A DNA stretch of 59,935 bases, taken from positions 6,574,702 to 6,634,636 of the forward strand of contig NC_057749.1 of NCBI RefSeq assembly GCF_004010195.1. Reading direction: 5' to 3'. The notes under the pieces are model-generated. The model worked only from the letters and a program-made list of their open reading frames with translations, had not been told where the DNA came from and searched no databases. The position numbers were made by a program, and so were the translations under genes. Shown in pieces: positions 26,168-40,000 of this stretch; the stretch's first letter is position 1; each line of letters opens with the position of its first letter. Origin of the DNA: Chiloscyllium plagiosum (Eukaryota).

Positions 26168-27220
26168 AGAGTCATTGAGTCATACAGCAAAGAAACAGAC
26201 CCTTCAGTCCGAATCATCCATGTGGACTGGATATAACAATCTGACCTAGTCCCATTTGCCAGCACTTGGTTCATATCTCTCTAAACTATGCATATACCCA
26301 TCTAGATGTCTTTTAAATGTTGTAATTGTAATCACCTCCATCACTTCCTCTGGCAGCTCATTCCATATGTGTACCATCCTCTACATGAAAAAGTAACCCT
26401 TCAGTCCATTTTTAAACCTTTCCCCTCTCACCTTAAACCTATGCCTTCTGGTTTTGGACTCTTCCTCCCCAGGGGAAAGACATTGGCTATTCACTCTATC
26501 TATGCTCCTCATGCTTTTATAAACCTCTAAAATGTTACCCCTCGGCCTCTGACGCTCCAGGGAAAATCAGCCCCAGCCTATTCAGCCTCTCCCAATAGCT
26601 CAAACCCTCCAGTCCTGGTAACATTTTTGTAAATCTTTTCTGAACCCTCTCAAGTTTAGCAACATCATTGGCGGCACGGTGGCCCAGTGGTTAGCACTGC
26701 TGCCTCACAGCGCCTGTAGACCCGGGTTCAATTCCCGACTCAGGCGACTGACTGTGTGGAGTTTGCACATTCTCCCCGTGTCTGCGTGGGTTTCCTCCGG
26801 GTGCTCCGGTTTCCTCCCACAGTCCAAAGATGTGCGGGTCAGGTGAATTGGCCATGCTAAATTGCCCGTAGTGATAGGTTAAAGGGGTAAAGGTAGGGGT
26901 ATGGGTGGGTTGCGCTTCGGCGGGTCGGTGTGGACTTGTTGGGCCGAAGGGCCTGTTTCCACACTGTAAGTAATCTAATCTAATCTAATCTAATCATTCT
27001 TATGGAAGGGCTACTGGAAACTGTCAGCATTATTCTAAAAGTGGCCTCACCAATGTCCTGTACAGCTGCAATGTGACGTCCCAACTCCTGTACAGACCAA
27101 TAAAGGCAATGCCTTCTTTACCACACTGACTATCTGTGACTCCACTTTCAGGGAGCTAAATGCCTGCACCCCAAGGGTTCAGCAACAGTCCCCAGGGCCA
27201 TCCCATTAGCTGTATAAGTC
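26168..27220 (-). mobile_element. CR1 3' fragment interrupted by a young HE1
   Basis: CR1 sequence resumes on both sides of 26670-26992. Confidence 0.85.
26670..26992 (+). mobile_element. Young full-length HE1 SINE
   Basis: CpG-rich; intact A and B boxes; (TAATC)n tail; TSD atcatt at 26664-26669 and 26993-26998. Confidence 0.93.
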
Positions 27221-27719
27221 CTAGAGAAATGAAGGAGAAAACCTAAGGGGAAACAATATAAGCACATGAGAGAAACAGAATAGAAACATTGGATGAATTG
27301 GTTTGGGAGGTAGTTTGCGTGGTGTGTATGGGCTGAATGGCTTGCTTTGGTGTTTTAAGTTCTATTTTTGATCAAACTAAAATCTAAAGGCAAAATCATG
27401 TATTGGAAGACTTTAATATGCTAGCCACTCATTGTAAAAACGCTGCATTGTGGAATTGTGCCAGTTTCTCAAGTTAATGTAACTTTTCTCAGAGGAGCAA
27501 AGGGGGGAGATTCTCACTGCAGCAGAGAAAGCTTTTGATGTAATTTAATCTGTCCCATTGAGTGACTCATGGTGCTTTTGTTGTATGATGTTGCTCCACC
27601 CACTGAACCTCCCAGCACGACGACATGGGCGCTATAAAAATTCATGTCAATGGATTTTCCCCTTTAAAACTGGATTCAAACACCTCTCACATTACTGAAG
27701 CTCACACAGGGAAACAAAT

Positions 27720-27775
27720 GAGAGAGACAAACAAAAAGACCAAGACAGAGACAGAGAGAGAGAGAGAGAGACACA
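27720..27775. repeat. (AG)n-rich microsatellite
   Basis: gagagagag run. Confidence 0.8.
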
Positions 27776-27937
27776 CCAAAGGAGACAATAAAAGCAAGAC
27801 TCAGACTGTGAGGGGAGAGAAGATGACTGAGCTGGCCTGAATCCTAGTAAGACCAAAACATCAGCAGTGCCTGTGTGGTGACAGCTCTTTCTCAAACAAG
27901 CCTGACAATATATTACAGCGTGTGTCTGTTTTTATAG

Positions 27938-28032
27938 GGGAGCTGTGCAGCTGATCTATACCGACACCCACAGCTCGATGCAGACATTGAAGCGGTGAAA
28001 GAAATTTATGGAGAAAATTCTGTCTCTGTCAG
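27938..28032 (+). CDS. PARP6: PARP6 coding exon (GSCAADLYRHPQLDADIEAVKEIYGENSVSV-R)
   Basis: Acceptor tttttatag at 27937, donor ag|gtgagt; 95 nt, phase 0 to 2. Confidence 0.95.
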
Positions 28033-31000
28033 GTGAGTGTTTAACATCCTGATTTTCAAGTGTTGCAGAACTGATCATTTTTACTATGCTTTTTTTCCCT
28101 CAGTCTGGCATTTTGGTTGTAATTTTATGAGGCTCTTCAGGGGATAAAAGCTAAAGACTCTTCTTGTTTTTGAAAGAAAACCTTTCTTAGGTCTTTTTAG
28201 CTTAATTGTTTTCTCTCCCATGTTCTTTGCTTCCACGCTTCGGTCCATTTAGCAGAAGGATGGAGTAGTCTGAGATGTATTTCCTCTCAGCGCTCTGTAA
28301 TAGCTGCTTTCCAATTAGTACTGCAGTGTGGGACCAGGCCTGCAAGATTTCCCTCTGTCCAACGATGGATCACTCTGCACCTACGCAGGGTTCAGCTTGA
28401 TGGGCGACTGAGGAGCCTGAATGGCCATGAAAACTTGGATACTAACTTAGACCTGCCCTGTCCAAACAGACCCCCCAATACCTAATTATACAAGTGCCAC
28501 TTTATACAAAGTTGTCTGTTCCAACTAAATTATTGATGTTTGATGGCATTTGCTTTACGACCCTATTTTGTGAGATGCAAAACCTGCAGTGCATCACTAC
28601 AACATGCGAACATAACTTATTAAACTTATCTTTCAAATGGATTTTGCGCTTGACTAGTCAGGGGCCCTTTAAGGATAATGTTGCGTAATGGCGCTAAGTG
28701 TTCCTGGTATTAATTATGTGCTAAAGAAAAGTCATTCAGTTCAAACCTCATAGTTCACATTCATTGAAGAGTCAATATAACACTGAACAAAGCCATTCGT
28801 CGCATTGAATCCATGCCAGCATGCTGGTCAAGCAATCAGTCAGTCCCATTCCCCTCCTCTGTCCCTACAACCCTGCAAGTTCAGCTCCCTCTAGTGCCAA
28901 ACAAATTATTTCTTCTTGGCTCTCCATTTTACACTCCCTTCCATTGACTAATGGGCGTCACGATGGTGCAGTGTTTAGCACTGCTGCCTCACAGGAGCAA
29001 GGACCTGGGTTCAATTCCAGCCCTGGCAACTGTCTGTGTGGAGTTTGCATGTTCTCCCTGCGTCTGTGTGGGTTTCCTCCGGGTGCTCTGGTTTCCTCCC
29101 ACAGCACTCTGGAAATTTCCCAGAGTGTCCAAGGATGTATAGGATTCGCCATGGTAAATAGGGAGGTAGGGTAGGAGGGCTGGGTCTGGGTGGGGTGCTC
29201 TTCAGAAGGTCAGCGCAGTCTCGATGGGGCTGAATGGTGTCTCACTGCAGTGTAGGAATTCCATGACTTCAAAGGCCGCCTTTGAACCTTAATCCTGACA
29301 CTTGTCTCTTCTTGTTACTCCTGCTCAGTAGCTCACAATTTTAGGACCTTGGAAAAATACCTGTAGACAGCATGCGAGCGCATTATGCAAGTAAGACCTG
29401 GTATTCCTTTACGTTCCTATAAACATGATGCAAAAGAACCCAATAAAATAGTATCATCTGCAAAATCGATTTGCAGATTTTTCTGCAGTTTCCATTGAAA
29501 TAATATTTAGCTCCTCATTCTTCCTGCCAAAGTATGGGATCTCACATTTCCCCACAGTATATTCAATCTGCCACATTTTTGCCGACTTGCTTAAGCTGTG
29601 TCTCTGCAGACTTTTTATGGCATCCATATCACTTGCCTTCCCATTGATTTCAACCACTTCTGGTTTGAGAGGGAAACGTGAAGCTAAAGTCCAGGGACTG
29701 ATTATGAAGACATCTGAATCAGTTGAAGAACCAATGCTATTGGTGAGGCCTCTTGTGTATCTAATAAGACACACGGGATAAATATATTTACTGTTCAAGA
29801 TTGAGCCTAAGGTATGGTGTGGACATCTTTCCCCTCATGGCTTCAGTGGCCTAGACTAATGCCGAAAAGAATAATTGGTGGTAATGAATTTACCAGGGAA
29901 TCCCCACTCATATCCAATGTTATGATAATATGTAGCAGCAGAAAGAACAAGCCTCCATAAAAGCTGAATTCAAGTTAAATCTGTGACTTTCACTGGTGTT
30001 CTTTCAGCCTGATAAAGTGACTACTGAAAGAAAAATATTGTATATTTCATAAAAGACCCCAAGGATAAATTACTATGTTTTGCCTCTGTGATTTACTTGG
30101 ATATCCTATTTGTTTTACCCCTTGAGCTGTTCACACTCACCTTTGTCAGGCTTTTAACTTCAGTCATTCTTGGGACTTGAGTCAAAGTCAACATTTATTT
30201 TGGATGATAAAAATATGCTGGAAATCTGAAACAAAAGCAAAAAGTGCTGGGAAGCCCAGTGGGAGTAGCATGGAGGCTCAGTGGTTAGCACTGCTGCCTC
30301 ACAGCGTCCAGGAACTGGGTTCGATTTTACCCTTGGGCAACGGTCTGTGTGGTCTTTGCACGTTCTCCCCGTGTCTGTGTGGGTTTCCTCTGGGCGCTCT
30401 GGTTTCCTCCCACAGTCCAAAGATGTGCAGGTTTGGTGGATTGACCACAGGAATTACAGGGATAGGACAGGGTGACCTTCGGAGGAGAGGTGTGGATTTG
30501 ATGGGCCAACTGGCCTGCTTCCACACTATGGGAATTTTAAATCTGGTAGCATCTGTGATAGGAGATACAGAGTTAATGCTTTGAAACAAAAACAGAAGTT
30601 GCTGGAAAAGCTGAACAGGTCTGGCAGCATCTGTGAAGAGAAATCAAAGTTAATGTTTTGGGTCCATTGACCCTTCCTCAGAACGGTTCTTGCAGTTAAT
30701 GTTTTGAGTCTGTCATGACTCTTCTTTGGAATGCCTCCTTCATTCCCTTTCATTAGCTATGTGGTGGACATTATCATCATAGAGATCTGTAGCACAGGAA
30801 AAGGCCCTTCAGCCCATAAATTCTATACTGGTCAAAAACAACCACCTAACTACTCTAATTCCATTTTCCAGTAGTTGGCTCATAGCCTAGTATGCCTTGA
30901 ATTCGCTTTTACTGTATTTGTAATAAATACACATGACAATTAATTTATTAAATCAAGGGTTTTGATTTATTTATTGTCATGTGTATTTATTACAAAAGAT

Positions 31001-34000
31001 TTGATTTGATGTATTCTTGTCACATGTACTGAAATATAGTGAGAAGTATTGTTTAGTGTGCTAAGCAGATAAATCATACATCAGTGTCTGAGAATCGAAT
31101 GCACAGTATAGTGTTACAGCTAAAGAGAAGGAGCAGAAAAAGATCAACTCTAACATATGAGAGCACCATTCATAAGTCTGATAAGATTGGTTCATTGGAT
31201 AAACATATGGATGAAAATGGAATAGTGTAGAATAGATAGGCTTCACATTGGTTCCACAGGTTGGTGCCACATCGAGGGCTGAACGGCCTGTACTGCGTTG
31301 TAAAGTTCTATGGTCTAACAGCAGGGAAGAATCTATTCTTGAATCTGTTGGCATTGCAACTGCACATCTAAATACATCTTAAATGTTATGAGCGTTTCTG
31401 CCTTTACCACCCTTTGTCCTCATATTGCCTCTAAACTTTCTGCCCCTAGCCTTAAATCGATATCCCCAGCCATCCATCCCTCCACAAAGGGGAAATGTTT
31501 CTCTCTGTCTCTATGCCTTGGATAAACTTAATCATGCCCCCCACCCCTGTCTCCACTCCTTGAAGGGAAACGACCCCAGCTTATGCAATTTCTCTTTGTA
31601 ACATGAAACACTGTACTTTGTTATAACTTAATGGCTCCATTGGTGACTGCAAAGGGAATGTGAGTGTCGAATGTGCTGGTGTGAGACTAGACCAGGTCAG
31701 CTTAGTAGATGTTCCTCCCAAAGGACGTTAGTGAACTTGTTGGGATTTAATGACAACCCATAAGCTTCAGGATTACCTGTACTGAAATCTGCTTTCAGAT
31801 CTAGACTTTTTAAAAATATATACACACATACAATATAACATCAAATTCCTGCGTTAGTGGGATTGAGCTCCTATTTCTACAATTACGCACTCTGTCCATA
31901 TTAGTCCAATAATATAACTGTTGAGCCACCAAAGCCCTTTGACAGCAGCACTGAATGATTTGCACTGAATTGTTGATCACAGTGGTTAGCACTTCTGCCT
32001 CACGGTGCCAGGGACCTGGGTTTAATTCCAGCCTTGAATGACTGTCTATGTGGATTTTCACATTCTCACTGCATAGGTGTGGGTTTCCCTTGGGTGCTCT
32101 GGATTCCTCTCACAGTCCAAAGATGTGCAGGTTAGGTGGATTGGCCATGGAAAATTACCCACACTGTCCAAGGATGTGCAGGCTAGATGGATTAGCCATG
32201 GAAAATACAGGGTATGGGTCTGGCTGGGGTTCTCTTTGGAGGGGCAGTGTGATTTGATGGGCCAAAGGGCCTGCTTACCTCCTGTAGGGATTCCATTTTA
32301 AATAAGAATTTCCTATAATTCCAAACTGGGAACTTTGAAGGAGACTGGAAGACTCCAAGTATTTCCCCTGGAGCTTCTGCTATTAGATGATGGGGTGGTC
32401 AAGTTGTGGGGTTTTTTTCTTACAAAATGCAGTGGATGCTAGTTCAGTTAATACATTTTAAAGATGAGATTTTTGCTCGACCAAGGCCCAAAAGGAAATG
32501 AAGCCAAAATGAACGGAGTTAATGGAGAGAGATTGGTCTTGATCTTATTCAACAGCAGGACAGGCTTGAAAGGGTGAATGACCTTTTCCCGTTCCAATGT
32601 TCCCTCTGTGTATTTTGCAGACCATAACTGAATAGTCCTAAAACCTTGATGTTTCTGATGAGCTGTGATTTATTACTTTAAAATATTTCTTCCTGCAGGG
32701 AATATGGGACGATTGATGATGTTGATGTGGACCTGCACATTAATATGAGCTTTCTTGATGTAAGTCCAGTGTCAATTGCTGCATATTCTTCCTTTTGCTT
32801 TGTATGGTCTTAATTTACAGTCATAAAGAGTAATAAATAAAATCCCAAAATGGGTAGTGGACATTTCTGAAAGCAAAATGTATTTCCACTGGCCCACATT
32901 AAAACTCCTGCATTTAGAGGTCACATCTTGGCGATATTACATCTACTGCCTGTGACGTTTTCTCTCCCAAAGTCATAGAGTTATACAGCATGGAAACAGA
33001 CCATTTTGTCCAACCATAATCCCAAACTAAACTAGTCCCACCTGCCTGCTCCTAGCCCAAACCTTTCCTATTCATGTGTCTATCTAAATTTCTTTTAAAC
33101 ATTGTAATTGTACCTACATCCACCACATCCTCAGGAAATCATTCCACATGTACCACCCTCTGTGTAAAAAAAATGCCTCTTACATCTTTTTAAATCTCTC
33201 TCCTCTCACCTTAAAAATGTGTCCTCAGTTTTGAAATCCCCTTTTATAGGAAAAAGCTAACTACCATTAACTCTATCTATACCTCTCATTATTTTATAAA
33301 CTTCTATCAGATCAACTTTCAACCAGTGCTCCAGTGAAAAAAGTCCCAGTCTATCCAGCCTTTCTTTATAACTCAAATCTTGCATACCCGGCAACATCCT
33401 GATAAGTCTCTTCTGAGCTCTCTCCAGTGTGATAATATCCTTCCAATAACTGGGCCACCAGAACTGGACACTGTATTCCAGAAGAGGCCTCACCAATGTC
33501 CTGTACAACTTCAATGTGATTCCCCAACTCTTATAAGAGCATAAGAACTAGGAGTAGGAGTAGGCCATCTGGCCCCTCAAGCTTGTGCTGCCATTCAATA
33601 AGATCATGACTGATCTTTTTGTGGTCTCAGCTCCACACACCCACCCTCTCACCATAACCCATAATTCCTTGACTGTTCAAAAAATTATTTATCTTAGCTT
33701 TGAAAGCATTTATTGAGGAAGCCTCAACTACTTCACTGGGCAGGGAATTCCATCGATGCACAACCCTCTGGGTGAAGAAGTTCCTCCTCACTTCATTTTT
33801 AAATCTGCTGCCCCTAATTTTGTCTTAGTTTCACCCCTCCAATGGAAATATCCTCTCTACCTCTATCATATCTATTCCCGTCATTATTTCATATGTTTCT
33901 GAAAGAGCCCTCCTCATTCTTCGAAATTCCTATGAATATAATCCCAGCCTACTCAGTCTCTCCTCATAAGCAAACCCCCTCAACTCCAGAATCAACCTCG

Positions 34001-37000
34001 TGAACCTCCTCTGTACCCCATCAAGTAAGGAGACCAAAACTGCATGTAGTACTCCAGGTGTGGCCTCACCAGCACCCTGTACAGCTGCAACATGACCTCC
34101 CTGCTTTTAAACTCACAATGAAGGACAAAATTGCACTTGCCTTTGTAATGACCTAATGTACCCTGCAGACCAACCTTCTGTGATTCATGCACAAGGACAT
34201 TCAGGTCCCTCTGCATAACAGCATGCTGCAATTTTTTACAAATGAAGTAATAATCATTTTTACTATTTTTCCTACCAAAATGAATTACTTCACATTTATT
34301 AACATTGTACTCCAGCTGCCAGCAGACATTTGCCCACTCACTTAAACTATGTCGCTCTGCAAAGCTTCACTGTCCTCTGCGCACTTTGCTCTGCCACTCA
34401 TCTTAGTGTCATCTACAACCTTTGATACACTACACATGGTCACCAACTCTAAATCATCTTTGTAAATTGTGAATAATTGCGGTCCCAACACTGACCCCTG
34501 AGGCACACCACAAGTCACCAATCAGAAAAGCACTCAAAGGAGTGAACAATGAAGGCAAGCATGACAACACCTTTTTAACCACCCTGTCTATATGTGATGC
34601 AAACTTCAAAGAATTATGTACCTGCACCCTTAGTTCCCTCTGTTTTACAACACTACCCAAGGCCCTACCATTAATTAATTCCTAATTGTATAAGCTCGAG
34701 CCCTTGTTTGTTGTACCAAAATGCAATACCTCGCATTTATCCAAATTGAACTCCATCTGCCATTTTTTTCACCCCATTGACCCATTTGATCAAGATTCCC
34801 TTGTAATCTTGTAAACTCCTATTGTAAAATAATACTATCACATTGATTAGTTTTTTTACTATGTGTCACTGATTATTTCCATTGTGCACGGTATTAAGCC
34901 CATTTTTTAAATTTAAAAATTCTCTTTTGTAGTTTATTTCTGTGGCCTGATAGACTGTTTCATTACAATATTGTCTTTACATGGCACTTGTAAATATTTG
35001 TAACTATATTTATGAGAGATATCATTGACAATGTGAGTGTAATTGAGTGTATTTAGGACAGAGAGCGGTTGTCGATTATTAAAGGGAAAAGGCAGGAGAG
35101 TGGGTCTGAGAAGCATATTGGCTATGATCTCATGGTGGAGCAGATTCAATGGGCCAAATGGCCTCATTCTGCTCCAGTGCACACACGTTGTCAGAAAGTG
35201 TGGCTTATTTTTGAAAGAAGCTGTATTCAAGCATTATTTCTTGGATGTGGCACATTATAGATTATTTTGCATAGTCTGCACATATACTCACAAAGGGCTA
35301 TTGCAAACCTCAGCATCTTTCATTAGGCAGAAATCCTCATTGTATTTAAAAAAAAATGAACAGGTAGTTGAGGTGCAACCAACTTCCAGAGCAACAGACC
35401 AAAAGCTGGAAGATAGGATTAGCTCCTTCTCACTTGGCAAGTATATGATTTTTTTTTCATTACTCATTCATGGGACATGGATGTAACTGGCTGCATCTAT
35501 TGCCCACCCCCAGTTGCCCTTGAGAAGGTGGTGATGAGTTGCCTTCTCGCACCACTGCAGTTGACCCGCAATGCCCCTAGGGAAAGAATCCCAGGAGTTT
35601 GACCCAGAGATGCTGAAGGAACAGGAATATATTTCCAAGTCCGGATGGTGAGTGGCCCAGAAGGGAATTTGCAGGGGGTGGTGTTCTTCTAAATGGAAGT
35701 GGTCATAAATTTGGAAGATGCTAAGGAACTTTGGTGAACTTCTGCAGTGCATCCTGTAGATATATCGTACGCAATGCTGCTACTGAGAGTCAGTGGTGGA
35801 AGGAGTGGATGTGATGCCAATCAAGTGGGCTACTTTGTCTACGGTGGGCCAAATGGCCTCCTCCTACTTTCTAGCATTGCTGAGGGACCATGCAACAACT
35901 CCTCTTTTCCACCTGGTCAAATGTCTTGGGGTGGATGGTGGCATAGTGGCAATGTCATTGGCCTCTTAATCTACAGTACTGACCCAATGTTCTGTGGCAT
36001 CGAGTTCAAATCTTGCCATGTCAGAAATTTGGAATGCAATAATTGGAATGAAAAGCTAGTCTAATAATAACCACTATCAATTGCTGTAAAATTCCATCTA
36101 GTTCACCAGTGCCCTTTTTTAGGTAAGGAAATTGCCCATCCTTCCACTTCAGACCCACAGAATAATGATTCACTCATAGTTAGGGATGGGTAATAAAAGC
36201 TGGCCCATGACACCCACACCCCATCAACAAATTGAAGAGAACCCATTCATCCAGCCAAGTGTTCGGGGACCACATAAATTGGCACCTTTATGGGCACCAT
36301 CCAGAGCAAAGATGGTCAAGTGGTCAACAGAGGGACCTAGGTGTTTGGATGCATAGTTCTTTGAAATTTGCATTTTTGGTAGACAGGTTGGTAAAAAAGG
36401 CCTTTAACACACTTGCCTTTACTGCTCAGATGTCATGTCAAAGTTGTACAGAACGTTAGTGAGGCCACTTTTGGAGCAAGATGGACAGTTCTGGTTGCCC
36501 TGCCATAGGAAGGATGTTATTAAATTGGAGAAAATTCAGACACAATTCACCAGGATGTTGCCACGATGGAGAGTTTGAATTTTAAGGAGAAGCCGGATAG
36601 GCTGGGACTTTTTTCACTGAGCATAGGAGGCTGAGAGGTGACCTTATAACAGGTTTATAAAATCATGATGGGCATAGATAAGGTGAACAACAAAGGTCCT
36701 TGCCGAGGGTGGGGTGTTCCAAACCCGCAACATTGACATTCCTGCTCCTCCGATGCTGTCTGATCTGCTGTGCTTTTCCAGCTCCAAATCTTATGGACTC
36801 TGATTTCCAGCATGTGCAATCCTTGCTATCTCAAAACTAGGGGGCATACGTTTAAGGTGAGAGGGGAAATATTTAAAAGGGAACTGAAGGGCAACTTTTT
36901 CACAGAGGGAGTGGCTCATATGTGGAACGGACTGACAGAGGAAGTAGCTTAGAGGTACAGTTACAACATTTGGACAGGTACATGAATAGGAAAGGTTTAG

Positions 37001-40000
37001 ATGGATATGGGTCAAATGCAAGTAAGTGGAACAACTTTAGTTTGGGAAACTTGGTCGGTATGGATGAGTTGGACCAAAGGGTCTGTTTCTATGTTGTATG
37101 ACTCTGTGACTCTGTAAGTGACCATCACTGAAATATATTAATTGTGACAGACAGTTCCTAGGGGAAAAAAAACAATTGGAGTGAATATAGTTAGTTAGGA
37201 AAGGAACTATAAATAACATACTGTCAATGAAAGAAACAATTTCGATTCCACGCAATCAGCAGCTTGCTTGGGAAGAGGATGATATTTTATTTTGTCCCTG
37301 TTCATTGCAAGACTTCACCGTGAATGGTTAGTTTGCTTTGCATTGAATGATGCATCAGTCCTAAGGTACAGGCTTTGTGTCGATTATAGTCATTCAAGTA
37401 GAAATTAGCACTCTGTGGCCGTTTATTCACGAGTGGATAGCTCACTCGATCTGGTGGATTAATGGAGGGAGGAACAGAGAGGATGGAATGTGAATGGGAA
37501 CTGAAGCATGCATTGTGCCATATGTTGTATTAGTTTAAGCTGCTGCAGGTCTGACAACAGATGCTATATCTCCAACCAGGTCATACACACAAACCAGGGT
37601 GAACCAGCTCCAGCCGAGAGGAAGGAGAAGCATTTTTCTGCAAAAATAAAACACAGAAATCCATTTCTCAATGAAACTCAAAGGCAGATCCCAAGGGTTA
37701 TATTTTCATGTCTAATAATTGCATGGTCTCACTTAGCTAGTGTCTTACTGGTTGGGGACTCACTGTATATATCTTCATTTCAGAAGATTACTATTGTTTG
37801 CTTATTTCAGTGAAGCTAACTCTGCCTCGGGGCTTTTTCTTTTGGCTCATCTTGAATTTACTGTGGTCCTGTGCTGACTTGTTGATTCAAGAACTACTCA
37901 GCCTCTGCCCAGCCACTGGTTGGAATTCGTGGAGTTTAATTTAATTTGTGCGCTAACCAACAGAAAAAGACATTAAAGTTGTTGCTGGTGTTAGAGGATT
38001 TGAGCGAAAGGGAGAGGCTGAATAGACTGGGGCTGTCTCACTGGAGAGTCGGAGGCTGAGAGATGACCTAACAAGGCTTATAAAGTCATGAGGGGCATGG
38101 TTAGGGTGAATAGCCAAGGTCTTTTCCCCAGGGGAGGGCATAGGTTTAGGGTGAGAGGGATACAATTTAAAAGGGACCTAAGGGGCAACTTTTTCACAAA
38201 GAGGGTGGTACATGTATGGAATGACCTGCAGAGGAAGTGGTGGAGGCTGGTACAATGACAGCATTTAAAAGGGCACCTGGGTGGGTATACGAATAGGAAA
38301 GAGTTTAGAGCGTTATGGGTTAAATGTTGGCAAATGGGACTAGATAAATATAGGATATCTGGTTGGCATGGGCGAGTTGGACCAAAGCTTCTTGTTCTGT
38401 GCTGTACATCTCTATGGTTCCAAGTTAAGAAAGGATGGTACAATTTCAGGTAGTACATGAACCACTATTGTCAGTCACCTGTTGTCCATCCATGTTGCAG
38501 GTAGAAATCAGCAGAAATTCATGCTTCTTAAGCCATTGTAACATTTTTCTTTACTCATTCATGGGATGTGGTCATTTCTTGCACATCCCTAATTGCACAG
38601 AGGACAAGTAAGAGTCAACACATTGTAGGTCTGGAGCGACATGTTGGCCAGACCAGGTAGGGATGACAGATTTCCTTCCCTAAAGGGTATTAGTGAACCA
38701 GATGGATTTTCCCCAACAATCATCAACGAATTCATGGTCATCATTTGACTCCAAATTCTAGATTTTTATTGAATTCAAATTCCGCCATCTGCCATGGCAG
38801 GATTTGAACCTGGGTCTTCAGATTATTCCCAGGGTCTCTAGATTAACAGCTGGAAATGTGTTGCTGGAAAAGCGTAGCAGGTCAGGCAGCATCCAGGGAA
38901 CAGGAGAATCGATGTTTCGGGCATAAGCCCTTCTTCAGGACTGCGCTTTTCCAGCAACACATTTCCAGCTCTGATCTCCAGCATCTGCAGACCTCACTTT
39001 CTCCTTCTCTAGATTAACAATCTACCAACAATACTGCTAGGCTGTCACCTCCCCATCTACTGTAATCATGTCTGCTGCACGTGGAAAGAAGCTATGGGGG
39101 ACACTGGGAATGATGCCAAAGGAAAGTTCTCTTTCTAGCATTATTCATGTTCTAACTTCCAAACAGCAAACCAAAAAACCCTCACCTGCAACAGATTAAA
39201 CATCCATTAACCCCAGCAAAGATTTTATGTGGCTGACAAAAAAGATGCAATTTATTTCTAATTTGTTCTTGGGTTGATAACAGCAACTCTGAATGTGCAT
39301 CAATTGCCCTTGGTGCTGTCTATTTAGTGTTAGTGTCAGTGCTTTTCTCTGTCGGGGGTTGATGTAACTGAATGGATTGCTGGTGAGGTTAAGAGTCATG
39401 ATTTGGAAGAGCCAGTGTTGGACTGGAGTGTACAAAGTTAAAAATCACACAACACCAGGTTATAGTCCACCAGGTTATAATTGGAAGCACTAGCTTTCGG
39501 AGCGCTGCTCCTTCATCAGGTGGTTGTGGCTAAGGTTAAGAATGACATTATATTTATGGGCAGCATGGTTAGCACTACTGCCTCAGGGCACGAGGGACCT
39601 GGGTTTGATTCCAGCCTTGGGTGGTTGTCTGTATGGGTTTCCGCCGGGTTCTCTGGTTTCCTCTCACATTCCAAAGATGTGCATCGGAACTTGGTGCTCT
39701 CAGTCATCTCCTCCTCAGCGCCACTGATGCAGACAGGGGTTTGTCCTCCACTCTGCTTCCTGAAATCACTTTGCTGATGTTGATGGAGGGCTTGTTATCT
39801 TTTCACCATGCCGTTAAGCATTCTATCTCCTTCCAGTACTCCATCTCATTATTGTTTGAGATCCAATCTATAATAGATTATATTGAATAAGACACGAGAG
39901 AAAATTTCAAGTACTCAAGCCAAGGTTCATTATAATTCTATCAAAGCCCCATGCTAATAAAACAGAAAAGGAAATGCACATTAAGAAATGCAGTGGAAAA

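Noticed and set aside
26670..26745. tRNA gene
   Set aside because: A and B boxes continue into the V-domain and LINE-type tail with a TSD; this is a SINE head
32650..32670. Isolated CTGATGA as another hammerhead or a snoRNA box
   Set aside because: No following stem II and GAAA, and no terminal stem
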